From Nageia nagi (Eukaryota; Plantae; Pinophyta): a DNA stretch of 64,000 nucleotides. A model generated the notes under the pieces. The model was not told the origin of the DNA, ran no database searches, and saw only the letters and a program-made list of their open reading frames with translations. Of this stretch, positions 1 to 13,065 are shown in pieces; the stretch's first letter is position 1, and every line of letters begins with the position of its first letter. The DNA lies in NCBI GenBank assembly GCA_050084985.1, contig JBITNC010000001.1, positions 43,214,001 through 43,278,000 of the forward strand, in the 5' to 3' direction. The position numbers and the translations under genes were made by a program.

Positions 1-1329
1 TTCCTCTTCATCACGAGTCTGTGACAATTGACTATGCAATGCCCTTTCCCATTAGCATAACATTTAAATATGTTAGTATCTTATGAGTCCTGCATTCATA
101 ATAAATCATATTTTTACCTTAATGACCCCCTTAATTGCATGGTGCCCTTTTGGGTGGCTCTTGGTTGATTATGGATTCTTACAATTTATCTTTTATTTAA
201 AAGAGGATTTCACACACCCAATAAGGAAAACCTCTTTATTTTTTCTGAAAGGACAAAGCTTTTTGAGAGAGAATTTGCCATGCTTACTGAAGATAAATTT
301 CACTTATTCAGAAAATATGCTATATTATTATTTATTGGTCCTCAAGGACATGTGCTTTCTCTTCTCTTATTTCTCAATTCTGAATATAAAGAATTTAAAG
401 CCCCTTTACATTTTCAATGAGTAATAATATAAGTAGCATTTTCCATAAAAAGTATCATCAGAATAGTTTTAATTCTTATCAGACTGGGTAAGAATGTGGA
501 GAATTTTAAACCTTTTGGATTAGTGTTACAAAATCCTTATCCTTAGCAAATTAAGGATGAAATTACAATTTTGCTGCTAATTGAGCATGCATGATAGCTA
601 AAATGAATAATGATATAAGAAGATTAGCCTTTTGTGTCAGAAGTCAGAACATATGATAGAATTTGTTCCTGTGTTGCATCATCAGTTATATTACAGCATA
701 CTCATGAAACATCTTCACAAAATTCCTTAATAGTAAATGATGAATTTATACATAAGCATTCACCCATCCTTCTGAATATTCAATGACAAACAGATACCCA
801 TCATGCTCACAAAAAAACTTGATAACATTTCTTACATTTTAAAAATAATATATGTATGTATTACCTTGGTGTGTATTTACAGGACATGATTATTTTATCA
901 AGGTGCGACTGTCAAGTCATTTGTTACAACTCTTATTAGTTGATACATTCAATTGTTGTTCAGCAGTCTTTGAATTTTTAAGATTTACTTAACAACAAAT
1001 ATGTCCTCAATTCCTTTCTTTGATATGTTAATGGATTCTAGAATTTTGAATATTGGCGTACCAATTCTCCTGTTATACACTGAATTTTCTACTGACTGTT
1101 AAAGCATAAGTATTTGAAATTGTCATTTATTTACAGATATTTATCATTTCTTCCTTTTATGAATGATTATATTCTCTCTGAAAAACTTTATGATCTTAAA
1201 TTTTGACATGAATTATGTTTGTGTCCATTCATTCAACACTATACATTTTTAGCATGTGTTCATTTGTAAGGAATGCTTATAGTATTAATCTATGAATGTA
1301 TAATTATCTTCTACCACATTGGAATAAAG

Positions 1330-1413
1330 GGATATAATGCTCTCAAGGACTATTTTCCAACTATAGGGATGTTACCAAATCCTCAATGTTCAAATTCTGC
1401 TTGTCAAGAGCGT
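1330..1413 (+). pseudogene. UBA5: Exon remnant of UFM1-activating enzyme UBA5 (C-terminal part of the adenylation domain)
   Basis: After an AAG acceptor it translates GYNALKDYFPTIGMLPNPQCSNSACQER, matching the conserved UBA5 segment GYNxxxDxFPTMxMxPNPQCxxxxCxxR/Q. The expected ...R-Q|gt donor is not intact (CGTAGTTATA). Confidence 0.75.
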
Positions 1414-1575
1414 AGTTATATCCTTTTTTCTTCTATTTGGAAGAGTGAGTTTCAGGTCAGTACATATTTGAAATCGGCAATAAACTATTTATTCTTTCCC
1501 TTGAATAACAAGATATTAGCTATGAATTGCTAAAATTAATTAAATATAAATATGGACTTTTGTATTGCATTACAG

Positions 1576-1647
1576 CAAGAATATAGTTACCAATGAAACC
1601 TTAAGTACTTACCATTCCTTCTTGAATTTATTGTGGACCCACTTCAT
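1576..1647 (+). pseudogene. UBA5: Possible degenerate next UBA5 exon
   Basis: ttacag acceptor, then CAA GAA TAT (QEY; cf. plant KEY..KP), an out-of-frame ATG AAA CCT (MKP), later CCA CTT CAT (PLH), then a gtgagt donor. Frameshifted, shortened and lacking DNEW. Confidence 0.35.
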
Positions 1648-1958
1648 GTGAGTTTTTTTCTTTGACAAAATTTGTTAGTCTAAGAGATTTGGTCTTCAAA
1701 TGAACTTGATTGCCTAAAATTCCCCTCACCCTTGGAACTTTGTTGTCCTGAAATAGGAAAGCTTTATTTGGAGAAAGGCAAAAGCACATGTCATAGGTAT
1801 GTTGTCAGGATCTGATTAATTTCAGATTGATTTGCATGTCTCATGTGTGTTTCTAAAATCTAATAGTTATTTTTTCTCATCTGATCACTTCAATACATAT
1901 AGTTATCTTGTAAGTAATTATGCATTATAAGTATCTGATTTCGCTCTCCATAATACAG

Positions 1959-2003
1959 TGTTCTTGATGATGACAAATTGGAGGTCACAAACAACCGGTC
2001 AAG
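1959..2003 (+). pseudogene. UBA5: Probable short UBA5 exon (after the UFM1-interacting NEWxIS motif)
   Basis: tacag|T GTT CTT GAT GAT GAC AAA TTG GAG...TCA AG|gt = (S)VLDDDKLEVTNNRS, resembling plant UBA5 SVVDDxExE in the expected order. No later UBA5 exon found. Confidence 0.5.
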
Positions 2004-2256
2004 GTCTATTTCTTACACAACCCCATCTACATTTTATGTTTATGCCAAGGTATGAGTTCTTTGTATACTTGATTTAAACCTTTACATGCATAAATTATCC
2101 TTGAATGCCTTAATCTCTGAGATAATAAATAGAATCATTGAAAATATTATGAAAAATAGTAAGTAGAAATTATTTTGAAAAATAGTAAGTAGAACCTGAA
2201 CATGTTTGGGGTAAGCAAACAAGGGAGAGAGTGGTTGTTAGGAATCAATATGTATC

Positions 2257-2996
2257 TTAGAGATATGGTCCAAGGCTTCCAAGAAGGAAACCAAGTGGTT
2301 CGTTGGGTCTTAACATAGTTGTAGTAGACAGAATCAAAATCCCACTGCATCTCATAAGTGGACAAGTGGTAGGTAGCATACTAAACTGATGAGTCAAGTT
2401 GCTTGGGTAGGTCTTGAATAGCCTTTTCCATATGACTTTTTTCAGTACCTGCATTTTAAAACAAATGGGGGGACCAAGCTTACCAGGTTAAGTACCTGCC
2501 GAATTTCTCTCTGAGAGGATCCTAGTAAGTTCGTATAGTTCCCTTGAATAGTGTTTCCTCTTGAGGAATAATGCTAAGCTTTGATCAAAGATCGCGAAGT
2601 TCAATGGAGTAAAATGGCAATATTATCAATCAAAATGGATGAATCCACCGGATGGATCAACAAGACGAAGCAAGGCACTTATAAGAGAGTTGTTTTCCGA
2701 CTGCCTGTCCGTCCTACTACTCCCATTTATGCCCTTTTCCCACCCTCAAATGTACAGTTTATGCCTTTCAACATGAGTAGAATTTGATGCAAAATGGCCC
2801 ATTTTTCATCCAAATTATTACTGATATAGGTTAATTATTAGTGATATAGATTAATCATGTCGGGCATTTGTCTGTTATTAATTACATTCATCCGCGATAT
2901 ATGATTGTGGAGTAAACCAACAACAATATAGGAAGCAACTAGCATAAGAGGAATTTTGGATAACACACATTCTAAGATTCTCAATGATTGTGCAAT
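2257..2996 (-). pseudogene. Two-exon 3' remnant of an unidentified protein-coding gene
   Basis: Acceptor ctttttaatcttgtag| at 2996, then IAQSLRILECVLSKIPLMLVASYIVVGLLHNHISRMNVIN...(frameshift region)...MGHFASNSTHVERHKLYI*GWEKG...LLRLVDPSGGFIHFD**YCHFTPLNFAIFDQSLALFLKRKHYSRELYELTRILSERNSA. A phase-1 GT-AG intron (2495-2449) is followed by GTEKSHMEKAIQDLPKQLDSSV*YATYHLSTYEMQWDFDSVYYNYVKTQRTTWFPSWKPWTIS. Long protein-like frames with few stops. Confidence 0.6.
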
Positions 2997-3406
2997 CTAC
3001 AAGATTAAAAAGATGAATGTCAGTAATCTAAGTGGCAGAGTACCGATTGCTCAAGCATCAACAATGATGGATAGATTAAATGAGTGCGTTTTATCGTGTA
3101 TGCGAAGTTGGCAGTTGGTTTCATAGGCTGTTTGAGCTACATAGGCAATGCTTCCATAATATTTCAACCTGCATGCAAAAATGTTTAACCATTTACAATT
3201 TCCCAACATAAACGCAACAAAATCATTTTTAGGAAGAAACGCAACTTCCTTTATGGTGAACTTTGGAAATTTCTCCAGATTCCCTTAGCGTTGGAAGATT
3301 CTGGATTGAGGGATTGCTCATTGGATCATTTTGCTGCACCATTAATTAAGGCCATAAGAAAACCATATGGTCCCACGCAGGGGCGAGTTATTATTAGAAG
3401 AGCATT

Positions 3407-3600
3407 TTTAATCTAAAATTCGATTACGATAATCAAAAGGAGGGGAGAGGAGAAGATGAACAAGAAGAAATTTAATCTAAAATTCGATTACGATAATCAA
3501 AAGGATGGGAGAGAGGAGAAGATGAAAAAGAAGAAATTTAATCTAAAATTTGATTACGATAATCAAAAGGAGGGGGGGGAGAGAGGAGAAGATGAACAAG
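3407..3600 (+). repeat. 3 x ~64-bp tandem repeat
   Basis: tttaatctaaaattcgattacgataatcaaaagga...gaggagaagatgaacaag starts at 3407, 3471 and 3537; copies near-identical. Confidence 0.95.
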
Positions 3601-5229
3601 AGCAAGGGAAGGGAGGAGGTGAAGGGGAAGGAGGAGGAGAAGGGGAGAAGGAGAAGAGAAAAGGATGGGTGAAGTGATTATTAAACTTCAATTTAAGAGT
3701 TTGTTTCGAATTTCAATTTATTAATTTTAAAAATAAAACTGAACATCAAAGCAATCACTCAAAATGGTGCACACATATTTATCTCTATTCTATCAATATG
3801 ATCTACATCTAGTAAATCGTAATTCATTATTGTAGATACCATTTTGCAATGTTACTTGTATGAATTTTTTCATTTCATTCTTTTGTTTTAAAATTTTATG
3901 TAGAGTATAGTAAGAAATGCTTTTTCATCCAGTAACATAGTTTATTAACTGAAGATAATTTATTGACTTTTTTATACATTTATCTGTTTTGCAGCATACC
4001 AAAAATTTAGGGTGATGATAAAAATGAAAAGGTCATATGGCTAAATAATGATATAGCCTAATTCTTATAATTTTGATTTATTATGTTGTGTTTTTCTTTA
4101 AATTTTTTACTAGAATCAGTTTAAATTATTTATTTTTATAGTTAATTATGAATGCATGGAATTTAGATACATTATTTATGAGGTGTGGATGATGAACATT
4201 TATTTATTTTTTCATTATTTATGAGGTATGGATGATGAACATTTATTTATTTTTGATAATTTATGTTACTGTTTATCATTTAAGGTAAATGTTTTTAAGA
4301 TTAGATTAAAAATTTATTATGATTATTAAAATTTTAAGAGAATGTATTCCTATTTGTAGGATTGAATGTTTTTTAAATTGTAATATTAAAGATTTTGGAA
4401 TATTATTTTCAAGAATGATTCCAATCAAATGGAGAAACAATTTCATTCTAGTTCATTATTTGGTTAATTTGGGATTTACATTTGTTTGATTTTTTTTTTA
4501 AGTAGTTCATTATGTTACTATTTTTCATTTAAGGGAATTATTTTCAAGAATTAGATTAGAAATTTCTTAAGGTTAGGAAATAATTCAAACAAATAAATTT
4601 AAGAGAATAACAAATATTTGATTTATTTAATTTGTTGTTTTATGATGTTTCTCTGAAATTCGAATATATATTTGAGATAATTAAATTCATAGAAACCCCA
4701 AGAAATAATTCTTTATTTGGTGAATTTGACATTTTAAGATTTACATTTCTTTGGTTCATTATGGGTTCATTATATTACGGTTTGTGAGGTTAACTATTTA
4801 GATTAGAAGTTTCCTTTGGTTATTATAAAAAGCATTTTTACTAGAGAAATGGGTATTTGATATTATAAAATTCAGGATATACATTTATTTAACATTGCAA
4901 TAAAATATTTATTAATTTTGAATTAAAATTTATGAATATTGCAAATATTAATTTGTTATTAAAATTACAATTAATAATTTTAACATTAAAAAATAATTTT
5001 GTTTAATTATATGTAATTTGTTTAATTAATTTTTTAATAGAAAGATTTTTATATAAATATTTGTAATATTTAAAAGTTTTATAGTAGGAATTTTTATTTT
5101 GCAAACATTATATTAAGATCGATCAAAATAATTTAAGATTTTTTTTATATTTTATCATATCATAATTTAAAAAATGTTATAGATAAACACAATAAATTTT
5201 AAACAAATCACAATAAACAAGGTAATAAA

Positions 5230-5590
5230 GATAAGGAGAAGGGAAGAGAGTAGAGGAGAAGGTAAAGAGAAAAGAGGAGATGAGAGGGAGGAGGAAGGGT
5301 AGGAGTGAAAAGGATATGGAAGGGGGAAGGGAGAAGATGAATAGGGGAGAAGGTGGTGGTGAAGAGAAGGGAAGGGAGAGAGGGACGAAGGGTGAAGGGG
5401 TTTGTAAATGTAGAAGGGGAGGAGGTTAAGGGGAAGGAGAGGGGAGATAAGGTGAACAAGAGGGAGAAGGGAAAGAGGAAGGAGGAGAAGGCGAAGAAGA
5501 GGGGGTAGAAGGGGGAGGAGGTGAAAGGGGAGAGAGGTGGAAGGAAGAGAAGGGGAAGGAGGGGAGAGAAGTGGAATAAGAGGGAGGTAA
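5230..5590 (+). repeat. Polypurine (G/A) low-complexity tract
   Basis: Almost only G/A with occasional T; source of spurious Pro/Leu/Ser-rich minus-strand ORFs. Confidence 0.9.
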
Positions 5591-7554
5591 AACATTTTAT
5601 GTAGAGTTACATAGTAGGAAATACTTTTTCATCCATTAACATAGTTTATTGACTTGTTTATACATTTGGATGAGGATAATTTATTGACTTTTTTATACAT
5701 TTTTCTATTTTGTAGCATCTCAAAAATTTCGGGCGATGATAAAAATGAAAAGTTCATATGGCTAAATAATGATATAGCTTAATTCTTATAATTTTGATTT
5801 ATTATGTTTTGTTTTTCTTTAAATATTTTATTAGAATTAGTTTAAATTATGTATTTTATGCTTTTTATATATTTTTATAGTTGATTATGAATGCATGGAA
5901 TTTTAGGAATTAAAATTTTTGGAAATTATGAATTCAAAAATTTACCTTAGAAATATGGACTAAGGAGATTGACATTTCTAATTATGATGAATTTTGGGTA
6001 ATTCATTTTTTTATTAGGATGAACTAGATCACTCATCTTTTTAGATAATATTGATTTGGAGATTTTACATGTTGTGTCATATTTATGAAGTATTATGAAT
6101 TTGGGTAATTCATCTTTTTAGATAATATTGATTTGAGGTTTCTAGATGTTGTTCATATTCATGGAGTATTGTTCATATTCATTATGTTACTATTTTTCAT
6201 TTAAGGTAATTATTTTCAAGAATTAGATTAGAAATTTCTTAAGGTTAGGAAATAATTAAAAAATATAAAAATGGTTCATTATTTGGTTAATTTGGGATTT
6301 ACATTTGTTTGATTTTTTTAAGGTTAGGAAATTTCTTAAGGTTAGGAAATAATTCAAACAAATAAATTTAAGAGAATAAATTCATGATTTAATTTGTTGT
6401 TTTATGATGTTTTTTTGAAATTTAAATATATATTTATTTGGGATAATTAAATTTATAAAAACTTCAATAAATAATTCTTTATTTGGTTAATTTGAGATTT
6501 TAAGATTTACGTTTCTTTGGTTCATTATGTTATGGTTTGTGAGGTTAACTATTTAGATTAGGAGTTTCTTTTGATTACTAAACAAAGAAAGCATTTTTAT
6601 TAGAGAAATGGGTATTAGATATTATTAAACTCAGAATATACATTTATTTGTTTTTCTTTACTTTCAATCAAGTGCAAAAAATAAAATATTTATTAATTTG
6701 GAATTAAATATTTACTATTACTTTTTTAAAGTATGTTACCATTTTTCATTTAATGTAATTATTTTTAAGAATTAGATTAGACATTTCTTAAGGTTAGGAA
6801 ATAATTCAAACAAATGAATTTAAGAGAATAAATTCATCTTTGTGGAGGATTAAATGTATTTAATTTGTTGTTTTATGATGTTTCTTTGAAATTTGAATAT
6901 ATATTTATTTGGGATAATTAAATTTATAAAAACTCCAAGAAATAATTTGAGATTTTAAGATTTACATTTCTTTGGTTCATTATGTTATGGTTTGTGAGGT
7001 TAACTATTTAGATTAGGAGTTTCCTTTGGTTATTAAATAAAGAAAGCATTTTATTAGAGAAATGGGTATTTGATATTATAAAATTCAAGATATACATTTA
7101 TTTGTTTTTCTTTAGTTCAGTCAAGTTCAAAAAATAAAATATTTATTAATTTGGAATTAAATATTTACTATTATTTTTTAAAGTTAATAATTTAAGTATA
7201 AGAAATAATTTATTTATATTATTTATTTATGAATATTGTAAATATTATTTTGTTATTAAAATTACAATTAATAATTTTAACATTAAAAAATAATTTTGTT
7301 TAATTAATTTTTTAATAGAATGATTTTTATAAATATAGTTTGTTATTTTTTTCAAGGTTTATTAATTTTAATCTTTGAAAGTTTTAAGTAGTGATTTTTA
7401 TTTTGCAAATATTATATTAAGATTGATAAAAATAATATTTTTTTAAGATCTAATATTAATAATTTAAGATTTTTTTTTATTATATCATAATTTTAAAAAT
7501 GTTTTAGAACATAATAAATTTTGAACAAATCAAAATAAATAAGATAATAAAAAG

Positions 7555-8675
7555 ATTAGAAGGAAGGATAGGAGAGGAAAGGAGAAGGTGAAGAGAAAAA
7601 GGGGAGTGAGAGGGAGGAGGAAGGGTGGAGGAGTGAAAAAGATAAGAAAGGGGGAAGGGAGTAGATGAAGAGGGGAGATAAGGTGAACAAGAGGGAGAAG
7701 GGAAAGAGGAAGGGGGGGTGCAAAGGAGAAGGGAAATGTGAATGGGTAAAAGGGGGAAAGAGGGGAGGAAGGGGGAGGAGGTGAAAGGGGAAGGTGAAAG
7801 AGAGGGGGGAGAGAAGGTGAATAAGAGGGAGGTGAAGGGAAAGAGAAAGATGAAGAGGGGTGGAGAGAAGGGGAAAGAGGGATGTGAAGCTGAAGGTGAG
7901 GGGTAGTGGGGAGGTGAAAGAAAAGGAGAAGAGGGAGAGAAAGATGAAGAGAAGGTGAAGGTGAAGAGGAAGGAGGAAGGGAAAAGAGGTTGTGAAGAGA
8001 TGAGAAGGAAAAGAAGGGAGAGAAATGAACATGAGGGAGAAGGGGTGAAGAAAAAGGTGAATAAGAGAAATGAAGGAAAAGTGAAAGAGATGGGGGAGAG
8101 AAGAAGGAAAAAGGGAGTAGGTGGGGAGGAAAAAGAGGAGAAGGTGACGAGGAGGGAGGAGGAGAAAGGGAGAAGGGGTAAAGAGGTGAGGGGAGATGAG
8201 GGGGAGGAAGGGTAAAGGTGTAGAGGAAGGATAAGTGAAAGGGGAGGGAGAATGGTAAGAGGAAGTAGGGGAAGAGAAATATGAGGGGGGATATTGAGGA
8301 GAAGGTGAAGGTGAAGGGGAGATGAGGGGAAGGTTAAAGGAGAAAAAGGGGAGATGAGGTGAACATGATAGAGGGGGTAACAAGGAGGTGAAGGAGAAGG
8401 GGTGATAGATGAAAAATATGAAGAAGAGGAGAAGATGAAGGTGAAGAGGGGAAGGTAGGGGGTAGAGGAGAAGAAGGAAAAGGAGAGAGGTGAACATGAG
8501 GGAGGAGGGGGAAGAAGGTGAACAAGAGAAATGAGGGGAAGGTGAAGGAGAGGGGGGAGAGGAGGGGAAGAATAGGAGTTGAAGAGGAGGAGGTGAAAGT
8601 GAAGGAGAGGGGAGAGAGGAGGAGAAAAGGAGAGGAAGAAGAAGGGGAAAGGATGGGAAGGGAGTAGGTGAAGTG
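7555..8675 (+). repeat. Polypurine (G/A) low-complexity tract, ~1.1 kb
   Basis: Recurring aggtgaa/gaggggga words; C nearly absent. Confidence 0.9.
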
Positions 8676-11439
8676 ATTTAAAAAATTTAAGTTAAGAGTT
8701 TATTTTGAAATCTTATATTTTTTTAACTTTAGTGTTTATGAAAATAAAAATGAACATAAAAAATAATTATACAATGATGTATGTACATTTATCTTGGTTT
8801 GATTGATCTAATTTACATTTAATAAATCATGATTCATTATCATAGGTACCATTTTGTAATGTCTATGTATGATCTTTTTTATTTCATTCTTTTATTTATC
8901 GAAATTGAATCACATGATCATTTTAGGTAGTTATCGAATCTCTTTATTTTGAACATGTCCTATAATTAGGTGTCATGGTAATGATGTCATCCATCTTATT
9001 TTCCTTCATGGTAATGATCTCATCTATATATATTTTTTAAATACTATAAATTCTTGAATGTAATTTCATCTTTACTCTCATGATGAGAAGTGGAGAAATA
9101 GGTGACAAGGAGGTGGCTAGGAGGAGGGGGTGAAGGTGAAGGGGAAAAGAGGTGAAAGGGAGAAGGGGAAAATATGTGAAGGAAGAAGTGGAGGGAGAAG
9201 GGTAAGTAGGAGGAGGAGAAATAGAGAAGGGAAAGGGAGTAGGTGAAGTGATCCATAAACTTTAACTTAAAAGTTTATTTTGATTCTACACTTCTTTTAT
9301 TTTAGTGCTTATGAAAATATAGATTAACATTAAAGCAATCACATAAAATGATGTATGCATATTTATCTTCATTAATCTACATCTAATAAATTATGATCCA
9401 TTATCATAGTTACCATTTTATAATATCATTTATATGACCTTTTTAATTTCATTCTTTTGTTTATTAAAATCAAATCACATGTCTTCATGGTTATGGTATC
9501 TCCTATGATCTTATTTTCTCATGGTAATGATGTCATCCACCTTTTCTTTCTTTTCCATGGCAATGATCTTATCCATATTTTTTTACACACTATAGATTCT
9601 TGAATGTAATTTCATCCTTTCTCTCATGATCATAATTTTGTCCATAGAGTTTACAAAAACATGGAATTTCTATATTCTACATTAACTCCCTCTTAGGAGA
9701 AAAACCCATTAAAAGGGAATTAGGTTCCACTTTCCATTAGCCTTTTCTTTTATAATATTACATGGTTTAATTTTGAAAGTGGTTATAAAGATGATAAATA
9801 TAATAATCATTTTCCTCTTTTAGAAGATTTTGGATACAATAATAAAATATGCCACATCTTGGAATTTATCTTTAATTGATTATTTTCTTTACTCTTTTCA
9901 ACAAATAACTCTTCTATCATCATGTAGCATTGTTTTGATCTCATATCATTATATTCTTCTATTTTTTTAGATTTTTTAAAATTGTTAAAACTTCTAGTGT
10001 CATTTTGTTATGATCACAACTTCATGGTCGTAATTTCAAACTTAACAAAATTATATCCAAGTGTTCTTCGATATATGAAGTTTAACTAATCCAAATTTCA
10101 TGCTTTGACTCCTTACAAATGGCTCCTAACATCTCCATCAAGTTTCCCTTCAACGTAAATTTGATATTTACACCTGATAACTATCAAATTTTGACTAAGT
10201 TATGGACATAAAATGAAAATTTACGAATTTTTGAGTGCCATAACTTTTAATTCCTTTTCCAAATGCTTTCAAATTTTAACCATATGTTTGTAATATAAGG
10301 TATCAATGATCCAAATTTTTTGAGTGCTACATAGGTAATGCTTCCATATACTTCAACCTCCATGCAAAAAAATTTAACCATTATAATTTCCCAACATAAA
10401 AGAAATAAAATCATTTTTGGAAAGCAAGGGGGAAATTTCTTTATGGTTATTCCATCAATCCATAAATGGTTACATTTTCTCCTTTTTTGATCTCCAAATT
10501 GATTCCCTTCAATGCTGCATTTGAAGATTTTGGATTAAGGGATTGGTCAATCGATCATTCTGCTACACCATTAATTAAGATGACAAGCAAACTATATGGT
10601 GCCATCCATTCAAGGGTCAGTTATTATTACACACTAAAATTGTTGGGCTAGAAGAAATTTTGGAACATAATCTAAAATTTTATGTAGAGTTGTACAGTAA
10701 GAAATACTTTTTCATCCAAAAAGATAGTTTATTGACTTGTTTATACATTTTTCTATTTGAAATTAAATGAAAATAGTTATTTGAAATTAAATATTAACTA
10801 ATTTTTTTATGTTGAAATTAAATATTTATTATTTTTTTATGTTGTAAAATAAAAAAATTTAAGAGTATTGATGAATCTGCAAAACATTAATTTGCAATTG
10901 AAATTACATTATAGTTAATAATTTTAATAGTAAAGAGCAATTTTGTTTAATTATATGTAATTTGTTTTAGTTATTTTTTAAAAGTTATTAGTTTAAGGTA
11001 AATAGAAATGTTTAAATTTAAAGTAATGTTAAATTTATATAAAATAGTTTTTATAAATATAGTACATTTAATTAATTTTTTTTTTTCATGATTGATTATT
11101 TTTAATTTTAAAAGTTTGAAGTATTGATTTTTATTTTGCAAATATTACATTTTATTAATGTTCAAATATTTTATAGCAAGTATTTTTTTAATATAATATT
11201 ATATTAAAAGTACATTATTTGTAAGAATCAAACATTTATTCAAATCATTCAAAAATTAAAATTATTTATACCATTAAGGTATAATATTTATAAATTAATT
11301 TTTTCATTATTTTTTAATTAAAAAAATTAACATTAATAATATAAAATCTTCTGTATGTTATTTATTTTATCCTATTATATATTCTAAAATAATATTTTGA
11401 AAAAATAAATTTCAAAAACTTTAATAATAATAAATAAGA

Positions 11440-13065
11440 TAAGGAGAAAGGAAGGTGAGGGAAGGAAGTTGAAGGCAAAGAAGAGGTGGAGGAGTGGAGA
11501 AAGAGGAGGGTAAGAGATGGGAGAGGTGAGTGGGAGAAAGTAAGTGGTGAAGGGGAAGGGAGGGTAAGATGCAAATGCTAAGAAGGAGGGGTGGTATAAG
11601 GGGAAATAAGAAGGGGAGGAGGGTTGGATGGAGAAGGGATAGAAAAGGGTGAAGGGGGAGGTCAATAGGAGGGTGTGGGGAGGATTGTTAAAGGGAAGGA
11701 GAAATGGATGAAGAAGGAATAAAGAAGGGGAAGGAGGGGGTGGATGCGTGAAGAGGGGGGGAGGGGGCATAGTGCAAGGGGTGTAAGGAGGGAAGGATGT
11801 GAAGAGGTGGAGGGGTAGCATAAGAACTATAGGGAGGGAAGGAAAATGGGTGGAAGAAGGGGAAATAAAGAGATGAATGTTGAAGGGAAGGGGAAAATGG
11901 GGAACTAAGGAGAATGGGAAGTTTTAGGAGAGGGAGAAGGGGAATAAAGGATAAGCAAAAGGGGAAGGAGAAAGAGAGAAGCGAGAGGGGAGAGAGGTGA
12001 GAGGGGAGGAGGAAGAAGGGATAGAGAAGGTGGAGGAAAAAGAAAGGTGGTAGGAGGGGAGAGGAAAGAGAAGGTGAAAGGAAGAGAGGTGAGGAGGGGG
12101 AAGGAGAATGGGAAGTTTGAGGGGAGGGAGAAAGGGAAGGAATGAAGGGTTAACGGGAAGGAGGAAGAGGAGAATAAGAAGAGATGAGTTGAGGGGAAGA
12201 TGAGGAGGAATAAGGAAAGAAGGGAGGAGAGAAGGGGAGAGAATGAGAGCCATAAAGAAAAGGTGGATGTGGGGAGGGAAAAGGGGAGGAGAGGTGAAGG
12301 GGTAAGGGAGAGGAGGGGTGTAGGGGAGAGTAGGTGAGGGAGAAGGGATGTAGGGAGGACTGTTGGAGGGAAGAAGGGATGGATGTAGGATGAGGAGAGG
12401 GAGAAAGGGAAGGTTAAAATGGAGAAGGCATAAAGGAGGGGTGGAAGGGAAGGGGATAGGGAAAATGGTAGTGAGGGTGGAGGGAAAAGTGAAGGGGAGG
12501 AGAGTTAGAGGTAAGGAGATAGGGAATGAGATAAGGGGAAGGGGGTGTAGAGGGCGTTAAAAGTGTGAGGTGAGGGGTGGAGGGTGAAGGGGAGGAGGAA
12601 TCAATGTAGGGAGAAGGGGAATGAGATAGAGAGAAGGTGAAGGGAAAAGGGTGGAATGGAAGGGGATAAGGAAAATGGTGAGGGGAGGGAGAAAGGGTGA
12701 AAGGGAGGAGGTTTGCATGGAGAAGGCATAAAGAAGGGGTGGAATGAAAGGGGATAAGGAAAATGGTAGTGGAGGGGAGAGGCAAAAGGGGAGGAGAGTT
12801 AGAGGTAAGAAGATGGAGAATGAGTAGGGGGAAGGGGAGAGTAGAGGGGGTTGAAAGTGTGAGGTGAGGGGAAAGGGGTGAAGGGAAAAGGTAGAGGGGT
12901 GGTAGGAGGAGGGTTAGAGTAAAGGAGAAGGGGAATGAGATAAGCAAAAAGGGAGAAGGGGAGGGGTGAGGGTGTTGAAGGTGCGAGGTGAGGGGGAATG
13001 GGTGAAGAGAAAAGGGGAAGAGGGGAAAATAAGGAGGTGAAGAGAAGGGAGAAAGTGAGGGGGTT
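11440..13065 (+). repeat. Polypurine (G/A) low-complexity tract, ~1.6 kb, with internal duplication
   Basis: Composition; ~12420-12590 is repeated at ~12718-12880. Confidence 0.9.

Noticed and set aside
883-902. 20-nt micro-exon (ttacag|...AAG|gtgcga)
   Set aside because: Good splice signals but no recognisable UBA5 or other peptide; unsupported without transcripts.
3456-3677. ORF with repeated KKKFNLKFDYDNQK
   Set aside because: Arises from the 64-66-bp tandem repeat, whose first unit is not a multiple of 3, followed by a purine tract.
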